Shown here in pieces: positions 53,007 through 60,585 of a stretch of DNA of 64,000 nt (positions are counted from its first letter, which is position 1; each line of letters opens with the position of its first letter). Where the stretch lies: contig OZ241986.1 in NCBI GenBank assembly GCA_965204375.1, positions 4,704,001-4,768,000 on the forward strand, in the 5' to 3' direction. The DNA comes from Candidatus Latescibacterota bacterium. Its GTDB lineage: Bacteria; Latescibacterota; UBA2968. The position numbers were made by a program, and so were the translations under genes. The notes under the pieces were generated by a model, which worked only from the letters and a program-made list of their open reading frames with translations, searched no databases and had not been told where the DNA came from.

Positions 53007-53423
53007 TCATGATGGTGCTGGTGCCTGGATGAGTTCCAGGTCGGGAATGTCGGAGAAGTCGTGGTCGTCCGACGCAAGCGGACACTCTAAGAGTAGTGCG
53101 GTTGCAGCAACCCAGGCATCTCCCGTGTTTAGCCTGCGCCCCATACGCTCTTGTTCGCTACGCAGATGTGCAGAGATACGAACCAGGTCAGAATTCGGCC
53201 ACACAACTTCATACCGATCAAGGGTCTGCCGTAGGGCATTCTTCCGTCTGTCACCCCAGTTCCCTTTGTAGGCGCCAAACCACAACTCTTCCAGTGTCTG
53301 AAATGAAATGACTGCACGCCGTCCCACAATGCGCTCCCGGTAGTAGGTAGCCGATTCTGCTCGGCGTATGAGTATTGAGACAACGCTGGTATCGAGGACG
53401 ATAGGCGAAGGGTTTGAAAGCAT
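53007..53423 (-). CDS. VapC-type PIN domain toxin
   Basis: VLDTSVVS, TLEEL, DAWVAATA, SDDHDF. Confidence 0.88.
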   Translation of the reverse strand: MLSNPSPIVLDTSVVSILIRRAESATYYRERIVGRRAVISFQTLEELWFGAYKGNWGDRRKNALRQTLDRYEVVWPNSDLVRISAHLRSEQERMGRRLNTGDAWVAATALLLECPLASDDHDFSDIPDLELIQAPAPS

Positions 53424-54076
53424 CAGATATTCCGTCCTTCACATATCGCGCGATGAAAAGCCTCCCACTCTTCTTCTGTCAGATTAATGGTGACTATTTT
53501 GTCAGGGTCAAAAATCTTCGGATCCGGGTCGTTGCGAAACGCTTCGAGGTCAAACGGTTCCGAGCACGACCGCGTGCTGGTTATCTGATCTACATAAATA
53601 ACATCCCATTCGTCATTGTCTTTGAAGCGACCACGGCCTCTGATCTCGACATACTGTGTCGCCAGCCGACGCATGTCGTCGTTCAGTGCTGGATCGAAAC
53701 GCAATGGTACGACCCTTTGTGGGATGAAATGCAGTTCCGCTGTCCCACAAGCCCAGTTCACTTCCATCAGTCGCCCTTCCACCAATGCTGGCTCGTCCGG
53801 AACCGTCGGCTTTGTTTTGTCGGGTTTCTGCCTTTTTTTTGAGAGGCGGCCTGCAAATAGTGTTTCAACACTGAGGCTTTCATTCAGGTCGGGCCAATGG
53901 ATGCCTTCCCCGGTACGTCGCCAGTTGCGTCTTTCTCTGGCGGTAGCGTGTGCGAGCCTGGGATACCATTTCAGAGGCACAGAGATGGTTCGTCCATCAG
54001 AGAGCACCGCCGTCAGCCTATCCTCGCTTACTTCCACGCGCTCAGCCTGCGGCATATCACTTGTCGAAATATTCAT
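53423..54076 (-). CDS. DUF2442 domain protein fused to an unrelated C-terminal region (possible antitoxin)
   Basis: LSDGRTISVPLKWYPRLAHAT...GIHWPDLNESLSV; stop overlaps the vapC start (TGATG). Confidence 0.7.
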   Translation of the reverse strand: MNISTSDMPQAERVEVSEDRLTAVLSDGRTISVPLKWYPRLAHATARERRNWRRTGEGIHWPDLNESLSVETLFAGRLSKKRQKPDKTKPTVPDEPALVEGRLMEVNWACGTAELHFIPQRVVPLRFDPALNDDMRRLATQYVEIRGRGRFKDNDEWDVIYVDQITSTRSCSEPFDLEAFRNDPDPKIFDPDKIVTINLTEEEWEAFHRAICEGRNI

Positions 54077-54082
54077 CCCATG

Positions 54083-54113
54083 CCTCCATGTTGTGCAACT
54101 TCTCAGAAGTTCA
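54083..54113. repeat. junction repeat with a palindromic core, copy A
   Basis: CCTCCATGTTGTGCAACTTCTCAGAAGTTCA, similar to 55081-55111. Confidence 0.65.
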
Positions 54114-54503
54114 TCCGGCATCAACCTCTATCAGTAAATCCGCTGGAATGCCCAGATGTGCTCGCAATGCGCCAATTTGTTCAATAGAGAGCGGGCGAGT
54201 TCCTTCAAAAAATTCCACTGTCTGACTGCTACTGCCCAGCCACTTTGCCAGATCGTCCCGGGAGAGTCCCTTCTGATCCAGCATAAAGTCAACCACTTCT
54301 TGGGGTGTCGATTGTTCATAGGCCTGCAAATGCGTGTCTTCATAAGCCTGCACGAGTACAGACAAAAACGCCAGTCGCGCATACGCTTCTGTTCCGGACT
54401 GAGGATCTGTATCGAGAAGGGTATCGATTTCAGCGACAGCAAGATCGTATTCTTCTTCCTTTCTCAACACATGAGGTTTGGTGAAATCGAGTATGTCAGC
54501 CAT
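54111..54503 (-). CDS. higA: HigA-like HTH antitoxin, orphan
   Basis: EEEYDLAV..LSVLVQAYE..PQEVVDFMLDQKGL..RPLSIEQIGALRAHLGIPADLL; no HigB upstream. Confidence 0.75.
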   Translation of the reverse strand: MADILDFTKPHVLRKEEEYDLAVAEIDTLLDTDPQSGTEAYARLAFLSVLVQAYEDTHLQAYEQSTPQEVVDFMLDQKGLSRDDLAKWLGSSSQTVEFFEGTRPLSIEQIGALRAHLGIPADLLIEVDAG

Positions 54504-54530
54504 TGGGTACTTCTTTAACGATGTGCAGTT

Positions 54531-54797
54531 TCACAGTTTGCTTTTCATATTTCGATCAAAGAATACGCTCACCACCCGCCAGGGCGTAACGGTGGTGTTT
54601 ACGGCTACGCGTAGTACACGGTTACCCTGTTCCGGAATGACCCGAAAAAATCGCTCTACCTCAGGATCATTCGGGTCGGATATACGCAACATCGGTTCGG
54701 CTACCACCCGTTCGACCCACTCGTGAGGGATCATGCGTTCTGTCCTTGCAAGAACCGCATGTTTGCTAAATTCCAGCTTTATCGGTCCGGTTGCCAT
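54531..54797 (-). CDS. DUF4258 family (RelE-like) protein
   Basis: FSKHA...ERMIPHEWVERVV..P...RVLRVAVN...VVSVFFDR. Confidence 0.75.
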   Translation of the reverse strand: MATGPIKLEFSKHAVLARTERMIPHEWVERVVAEPMLRISDPNDPEVERFFRVIPEQGNRVLRVAVNTTVTPWRVVSVFFDRNMKSKL

Positions 54798-54870
54798 ATC
54801 GCGCTCATGGGCTTCAGGGTGCGCGGCTGAATATATCCACAATAAAAACGATGGTTCTTGTAGGGAACTG

Positions 54871-55071
54871 TCAAGCTGTCTCGAATTCCAGGGTGGAGAG
54901 CTTCAGATTGGAGGAGCGTTTCGAGAGATAGAGCAGTTCTACGCCCACCACTTCGTTTGATGCATTGTAATCGAGCACCACGCCGGGCGAGACCTCTTCT
55001 GACTCGACAATAGTAGAGTCGTCAAGGCGCAGATAGAGCGCGTCGGCTTCCTTATCCACATGTAGTTTCAT
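54871..55071 (-). CDS. DUF2283 family protein
   Basis: DKEADALYLRL...SEEVSPGVVLDY...VGVELL; GGAGG RBS. Confidence 0.85.
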   Translation of the reverse strand: MKLHVDKEADALYLRLDDSTIVESEEVSPGVVLDYNASNEVVGVELLYLSKRSSNLKLSTLEFETA

Positions 55072-55080
55072 AATGCGTTA

Positions 55081-55111
55081 CCTCCATCGTGTACAACTTC
55101 TCAGATGTCCA
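55081..55111. repeat. junction repeat, copy B
   Basis: CCTCCATCGTGTACAACTTCTCAGATGTCCA. Confidence 0.65.
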
Positions 55112-55217
55112 TTCGGGATCACTGGATCCGTATTTACAAATATCCGCAATTTAAGCGAAAAAACAAGGGGTTATAATGAGTGTTTTTAACTTAAGTTGGT
55201 ACGTTGGATCGCCCAGA

Positions 55218-55931
55218 TTAAAGACTCAGGCGTTCTCGAAATTTTTGTGCCTGACGTCGGGAGATTTCAATTTCATGGCCTCCTTGCAACAACACTTTTA
55301 GGCCGCCTTGAAACCATGGTTCAATTTTTTCGATATACTGTAAATTGACAATTTGCTGGCGATTGACGCGAAAAAATATGCGTTTGTCCAAACGCTCTTC
55401 AAGGTGGTTGAGGGTGCGCGGAATAAGGGGTTTGAATTTTTGAAAATAGACCCGTGTGTAATTGCCAGAGACTTCGAACAATTGAATGTCTGAGAGTTTG
55501 ATAAACCAGCATTGATCACCGTCTTTTACAAAGACGCGACTCGAATCTGTCAATGCTGGTGCAATAGCTTCATCGGAAGAATGGGTTTGGGCTTGCAGTT
55601 TTTCAATCGCGCTTGCAAGGCGTTCGGGCTGAATGGGTTTTAGCAAGTAGTCGAGCGCATTGACTTCAAATGCTCGAATGGCATATTCGTCATAGGCGGT
55701 TGTAAAGATCACCTGTGGTACCTGGTCAAGGGTTTCGAGCAGTTCAAAGCCGTCTTGCCCGGGCATCTGAATGTCGAGGAAGATCACATCGACAGATAGT
55801 TTTTCGAGTTGCTGCCGTGCAGCATCTGTATTTGCGGCCTCACCTGCGACAGTGATAGTCTCAACAGCTTTGAGTAAATGTTTTAACTCCTGGCGGGCAA
55901 GTCGTGAATCATCGACGATCAATGCATTCAT
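55218..55931 (-). CDS. LytTR family response regulator
   Basis: IVDD, FLDIQMPG, FTTAYD, LLKP; LytTR domain FFRVNRQQIVNL. Confidence 0.95.
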   Translation of the reverse strand: MNALIVDDSRLARQELKHLLKAVETITVAGEAANTDAARQQLEKLSVDVIFLDIQMPGQDGFELLETLDQVPQVIFTTAYDEYAIRAFEVNALDYLLKPIQPERLASAIEKLQAQTHSSDEAIAPALTDSSRVFVKDGDQCWFIKLSDIQLFEVSGNYTRVYFQKFKPLIPRTLNHLEERLDKRIFFRVNRQQIVNLQYIEKIEPWFQGGLKVLLQGGHEIEISRRQAQKFRERLSL

Positions 55932-56983
55932 GTTTGTTGTCCAGTGAGCGGTACCTGAAACCTGGCACAGACCTGATTTTGAGAAGTATTTTCAACTGCC
56001 AATTGCGCGGTGTTACCAAATAAGAGGCGCAGACGTTCTCTGGTATTTTGCAGGCCAATGCCGTCATTTGTTGCGTTGTTTTTTAGTTGGCCGGTGTTTA
56101 CAATGCAGACCACCATAGCAGTTTGCTGAAGGGTTGTCCGTATTGAGATTTCGCCACCATCCGGATGCTGTGCAATGCCGTGTCGAATCGCATTTTCGAC
56201 CAGGGTCTGTATGGTCATCGGCGGAATTTCGACTTGTCGTGTTTCTGGCGCAATGTCGAACCGATAACGCAACCGGTCTTCCAACTGGGTGGCTTCGAGT
56301 TGGAGATAGTTTTTCACAATTGCCAATTCTTCTTTCAACAGTACACTTCTGGTGTTGCTGACCTGTAGCGCGTATCGAAATAGCTCAGACAGTTTTGAGA
56401 TCATGTCGCGTGCGCGTTCGGGGTTTTCAATGACCAGGGCACGGATATTGTTGAGGCTGTTAAAAAGAAAATGGGGATTTATCTGGGCTTTCAGTGCCAT
56501 CAATTCGGCTTCTTTAACCGCTGTTTGCAATTCCCATTTTTCGCGTTCTCCGCGTTTGGTTATGTCAAATATGTGGAAGATGACGTACAACAGCGACCAT
56601 ATCCAGAGGATAAAGTTCGTGTTGAGTATTTGCAGACCATACAATTTCCAACGGAATTGTTCAATCGTAAGCGTCTCGTCTATATAAAGATAACCAAAGA
56701 TCTGAATACTCTGGCTGATAATCGCAATGACCAGATCGGCTATCAATACTCTGATAAATAGTTTCCACAAAGGCAGTGTGACCCAATGCCGCTTTTTGAA
56801 TATGGTTCTGAGCAGGTGTGTCCACAACAAGAGTTGTGCAGATCCAAAGACAGTGATGCCCAAATTTTGTGCGGTAATGGTCTGAAAAGCAGATAGGAAG
56901 ACCGTGTTGAGTAGGCCGTATATTCCCCATCCCAAAATCTGACAGGTCCAATATGCTTTGCTGTGGTTTTTGAACTGAGACAT
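55928..56983 (-). CDS. LytS-type sensor histidine kinase
   Basis: TM helices; LKAQINPHFLFNSLN, LVENAIRHG, GIGLQN. Confidence 0.95.
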   Translation of the reverse strand: MSQFKNHSKAYWTCQILGWGIYGLLNTVFLSAFQTITAQNLGITVFGSAQLLLWTHLLRTIFKKRHWVTLPLWKLFIRVLIADLVIAIISQSIQIFGYLYIDETLTIEQFRWKLYGLQILNTNFILWIWSLLYVIFHIFDITKRGEREKWELQTAVKEAELMALKAQINPHFLFNSLNNIRALVIENPERARDMISKLSELFRYALQVSNTRSVLLKEELAIVKNYLQLEATQLEDRLRYRFDIAPETRQVEIPPMTIQTLVENAIRHGIAQHPDGGEISIRTTLQQTAMVVCIVNTGQLKNNATNDGIGLQNTRERLRLLFGNTAQLAVENTSQNQVCARFQVPLTGQQT

Positions 56984-56990
56984 ATTGTGC

Positions 56991-57908
56991 TCATCTGGGA
57001 GTCTGGGGCGCGGTTGTCTTGTTAGAGAGGAACGCATCAATGGTCTTAAAGTAGCCCTCTGGGTCGTCCCACATGATAAAGTGTTTGCCCGTGTCCGTCA
57101 TCCATATTTCGCAATTCTCAACATGAACGTACTGTTTTTGATACGCGGATAGTGAACTTTCTCGCGTTGCGCCACGAGATTGACCCGAAACCCAGGCGCC
57201 CAATACCAGTACAGGTGTTTGTATTTTTTTTATTTCGGTTCGCAAGTCTGTCAAAAATATTTCGTACATCACTTGTGCAACGGTGTTTGGGTCCGAAGAT
57301 AGACTCCACACAACAGCCGTATCTATTTTTGCGGGGTCTGTGATCATCATTTTGAGCATAGATGGCGTTGCTTTTTCTCTTTGTTCAGGTGTTTGCGAAA
57401 GTATCCAGGCGCGTGTTTGTTCTGCTGGCGCACGCATAAAGTCAACGGTTGCTGCTGGATTTTGTAATGCGGGTAAAAAGGGCACGGCATCGACTATAAT
57501 AAGCGGTCCTGCGCTTTCGGGGATGCTTGCCGCAACCCACAAGGATAGAAAACCGCCCAGACTGTGTCCTGCAAGGATTGGTTTTTTCAGTTCGTTTTCC
57601 TGGATATATGCAATAAGCGCGTCTCTCATGGTTTGCAGATAATGTTCTGTTTGCACGGGTGGTTGTCCGGCAAATCCCGCGAGTGTAAAGACATGGCATT
57701 CAAAGCTGTTCTGGTATCGGCTGACTGTTTCGCGCCAGACATCTCCAGAACTACTTAGACCCGGAATTAAAATCATCGGATGTCCAGATCCTGTTATTTG
57801 TACTTTGAAAGGTTGCGGATTATCTGTTTGTGTAAGTGCGGGAATTGGTGTTAGAAGCGCGATGAAGATTGCACTTATTTGCAATATGACGTATTTCCAT
57901 TTTGACAT
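56991..57908 (-). CDS. secreted alpha/beta hydrolase
   Basis: Signal peptide, IPGL, GHSLGG, HFIMWD; AGGAGG RBS. Confidence 0.9.
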   Translation of the reverse strand: MSKWKYVILQISAIFIALLTPIPALTQTDNPQPFKVQITGSGHPMILIPGLSSSGDVWRETVSRYQNSFECHVFTLAGFAGQPPVQTEHYLQTMRDALIAYIQENELKKPILAGHSLGGFLSLWVAASIPESAGPLIIVDAVPFLPALQNPAATVDFMRAPAEQTRAWILSQTPEQREKATPSMLKMMITDPAKIDTAVVWSLSSDPNTVAQVMYEIFLTDLRTEIKKIQTPVLVLGAWVSGQSRGATRESSLSAYQKQYVHVENCEIWMTDTGKHFIMWDDPEGYFKTIDAFLSNKTTAPQTPR

Positions 57909-57992
57909 GACATCCTCCTTTTGACGGTGGATACTTCTCTGTTGTGATCGATCAAAAGGTAGGTAATCAATCGCGTTCTAATAAGCAAAAGA

Positions 57993-58023
57993 TGATAAAC
58001 GGTTCAACAGGCTGATGAACGGT
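57993..58023 (-). promoter_or_regulatory. LytTR-type direct-repeat boxes
   Basis: Minus strand ACCGTTCATCA and ACCGTTTATCA with a 20-bp period, upstream of the hydrolase-lytS-lytTR operon; resembles the AlgR box ACCGTTCGTC. Confidence 0.7.
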
Positions 58024-58088
58024 CAACAGGTCCGATGGTGTATGCTGTTGAGATTCTTTCAGTTTCACATATCAATGGAGATTGAGGA

Positions 58089-58613
58089 ATGACGACTTTC
58101 TATCTTGTTCGACATGGAGAATCCCGGCTGGATTTGGCTGCTGGTGGGAATCTCAAAGGCGCAGAGAGGGGTTGGGCAGCGCATATTATTCCGTTGACCG
58201 AGACGGGGATCAGCCAGATTGAGAATGCTTCAAAATCCCTATCAACTGAAGGCCCTCAGATCGTTATTTCATCCCCAATGTCACGGGCGCTCCAATCGGC
58301 TGCAATACTCAGCCGAATACTCGATCTTCCGCTTCGAGTCGAGTTTGATCTGCACGAATGGATTTGCGGATGGCGCGATTCGATGGAGCTTGTCGGAGAA
58401 ACAGAGGCAGAAATGCTTGAGCTGGGAGGTGAGTGGCCTATAGGAGAGACGAGAGATTGGGAGCCGATGTCCAGTGTGCGAGATCGTGTTGGTCGTGTAT
58501 TAGAACGGTACCAGACTTTTCAGCGTGTTATTGTTGTGTGTCATGAAACGGTCATCTTTTCGCTGACTGGAAAGAGGATGGGGTTTGCAGAATTTGTAAA
58601 GTTAGAAAAGTAA
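58089..58613 (+). CDS. histidine phosphatase (phosphoglycerate mutase-like) family protein
   Basis: LVRHGE, SSPMSRALQSA, LHE, VCH. Confidence 0.9.
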   Translation: MTTFYLVRHGESRLDLAAGGNLKGAERGWAAHIIPLTETGISQIENASKSLSTEGPQIVISSPMSRALQSAAILSRILDLPLRVEFDLHEWICGWRDSMELVGETEAEMLELGGEWPIGETRDWEPMSSVRDRVGRVLERYQTFQRVIVVCHETVIFSLTGKRMGFAEFVKLEK

Positions 58614-58765
58614 GTGTCCGAGTCGTATAAGAAAGGAGGATGCCTATTGGGCTGAGAAATCTCTCCCAAAAGACTTGCTTTATGATGCTCTGTAACATAT
58701 CATTGGTGTGAACAAGCAATAGAAAATATTGGCAGAACCAATATTTTGCGTCACCTGAATTGATG

Positions 58766-58826
58766 GCGCGGGGGAGCTTCTATAGGAGAGATACATCTCC
58801 TATGGTAAATCGCCCGCGCTTTTTTT
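58766..58826 (+). terminator. long stem-loop plus T7 tract
   Basis: GCGCGGG...ATAGGAGA-loop-TCTCCTAT...CCCGCGC followed by TTTTTTT. Confidence 0.6.
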
Positions 58827-58884
58827 GTTTTCGAGGCCAGTGATGCACAAAAATTCCTTTGAAACTCTCTCACTACAAGGAGGT

Positions 58885-59676
58885 ATGAATATGCGAGTCG
58901 CCATCATCTCTGATATTCATGGAAATTTAGTGGCTCTGGAAGCTGTCTTGAACGATCTCAAAACAGAATCTATTGATCACATTGTGTGCCTGGGTGATAC
59001 AGTCTCTGGCGGTCCCCAACCATGTGAGGTTATTGCTCGTTTGAAAACGCTAAATGGTCCTGTTGTTATGGGGAACATGGATGTGTGGTGTCTTGATCCT
59101 CATCCGGGTAGGGGAAAGAGCAAGAATGCGAGGCGAGGAAATGAAGTTCGATTCTGGGGTGTTCGTAGGCTTTCACCTGACGATCTCGACTACATGCGGA
59201 CGTTCCAGGCTACGGTCGCGATACCGCTCGACACAAATACCAATCTTCTTTGCTATCACGGTTCGCCACGATCTAATGAAGATGCTATTGCTTCTCACAC
59301 GCCAGATGAGGAGATGGAACGCATGCTGTCTGGTTGTCGCGCTATGGTGTTGGCTGGAGGACATACGCATACACAGATGGTTCGTTATTACGGAGATTGC
59401 ACGACCGTCAATCCCGGAAGTGTTGGTGCGCCTGTTCCCGCACAAGACCGGATACGCCGAGTTCTTCGAGGTCCATTGCGTAATTCGCACGATAGGGGAT
59501 ATCCTCCTTGGGCAGAATATGGCGTTATTACTTGGGAGAATAAGAGTCTTCGTATTGAGTTACGCCGTGTGCTTATAGATATCGATTTGCTGGTGAAAAA
59601 AACGCGAGAGAGCGAGATGCCAAACGCGGATTGGTGGATTCAAAATCGGTATCCGGAGGTGGTTTCCGAGGTATAG
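58885..59676 (+). CDS. metallophosphoesterase (YfcE/MJ0912-like)
   Basis: SDIHGN, LGD, GN(M)D, HGSP, GHTH, NPGSVG; AAGGAGG RBS. Confidence 0.92.
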   Translation: MNMRVAIISDIHGNLVALEAVLNDLKTESIDHIVCLGDTVSGGPQPCEVIARLKTLNGPVVMGNMDVWCLDPHPGRGKSKNARRGNEVRFWGVRRLSPDDLDYMRTFQATVAIPLDTNTNLLCYHGSPRSNEDAIASHTPDEEMERMLSGCRAMVLAGGHTHTQMVRYYGDCTTVNPGSVGAPVPAQDRIRRVLRGPLRNSHDRGYPPWAEYGVITWENKSLRIELRRVLIDIDLLVKKTRESEMPNADWWIQNRYPEVVSEV

Positions 59677-59811
59677 CTGATGGGTGGATTCAAATGGTAG
59701 CTGTGGGGATTTTATTCGATCATTCTACCCTATTTTTTTAGGACTGGATGATGTCGAAAAATCAGATATGGCTCCGCCCGTTGACGAGGTCAGGAAATAG
59801 AAATGGCTCAC

Positions 59812-60081
59812 TCATCCATCCAATTGATCCCAATCTGGTGGGGTTTGGCTGGGAATTTTTTTATTCATAACAGCGTCAAAAGCTTCCAAAATTTCTCGTT
59901 TGTTTTTGCCCGCATATTGATTTTGAAAAAAGGCTGTGGTTTCAAGCTCGGCAATTTCACGCGCAAAAGCATAAATTGCAAACTGATTCATAGATACGCC
60001 CTGTTTTTCCGCTGTCTTTTCTATTCGCTCTTTGAGGTCCTTTGGCACGCGAATGGTCAATACGTGATTTTTTTTATTCAT
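59812..60081 (-). CDS. ribbon-helix-helix (HicB/CopG-like) antitoxin
   Basis: LTIRVPKDLKERIEKTAEKQGVSMNQF; overlaps the PIN gene stop. Confidence 0.82.
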   Translation of the reverse strand: MNKKNHVLTIRVPKDLKERIEKTAEKQGVSMNQFAIYAFAREIAELETTAFFQNQYAGKNKREILEAFDAVMNKKIPSQTPPDWDQLDG

Positions 60082-60511
60082 AACGTTGTCTCCAATATCG
60101 AACAAATTGAGCTGGCGTGATGATTTCGAACTGGTCGAATCTCAATTCCGTCCCTTTTGTAAAGTCATTGACATTTTGCGTAATGATATATCGCGCATTG
60201 CTCGCGAAAGCCAGATCGGTAAACATATTATCGTTCTCATCACGAAGATTTGGTCGCATGAGAAAGTGGATGGGGATAGGCTTGCCAATATACGCTATAA
60301 ATCGAAGAACCGATTCTATCTCTTCGCGCGTTCGTTTGAGGTCCTGAAGTGTGTTTGGGCGTAGCAGGACGTCTGAATATTCTAAAAAGATAGGGATTGA
60401 TAGGGCCAAATCAAGGCGATAAGCGCGAATGAGTTGTAAAATATAATTTGATGCACCTGTGATATTTCGCAGTGCCTGGTAGAGTACATTGGTATCCATT
60501 ACAATTCTCAT
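60074..60511 (-). CDS. PIN-domain putative toxin
   Basis: VMDTNVL, EYSDVLLR, PNLRDEND, ITQNVNDF. Confidence 0.88.
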   Translation of the reverse strand: MRIVMDTNVLYQALRNITGASNYILQLIRAYRLDLALSIPIFLEYSDVLLRPNTLQDLKRTREEIESVLRFIAYIGKPIPIHFLMRPNLRDENDNMFTDLAFASNARYIITQNVNDFTKGTELRFDQFEIITPAQFVRYWRQRYE

Positions 60512-60517
60512 GTTAAA

Positions 60518-60546
60518 ATGATAGTATATATGCTATCAAGTGTCAA
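60518..60546 (-). promoter_or_regulatory. sigma70 promoter with an overlapping inverted-repeat operator
   Basis: TTGACA-N17-TATCAT, 6 nt before the ATG; TGATAG-N8-CTATCA at 60519-60538. Confidence 0.75.
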
Positions 60547-60585
60547 GAATGTATTGTTTTGAACGAAGGTGGGCGACTTGATAGC

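Noticed and set aside
58640-58711. Leader peptide after AAGGAGG
   Set aside because: The ATG follows the SD with no spacing and the peptide has no regulatory codon run.
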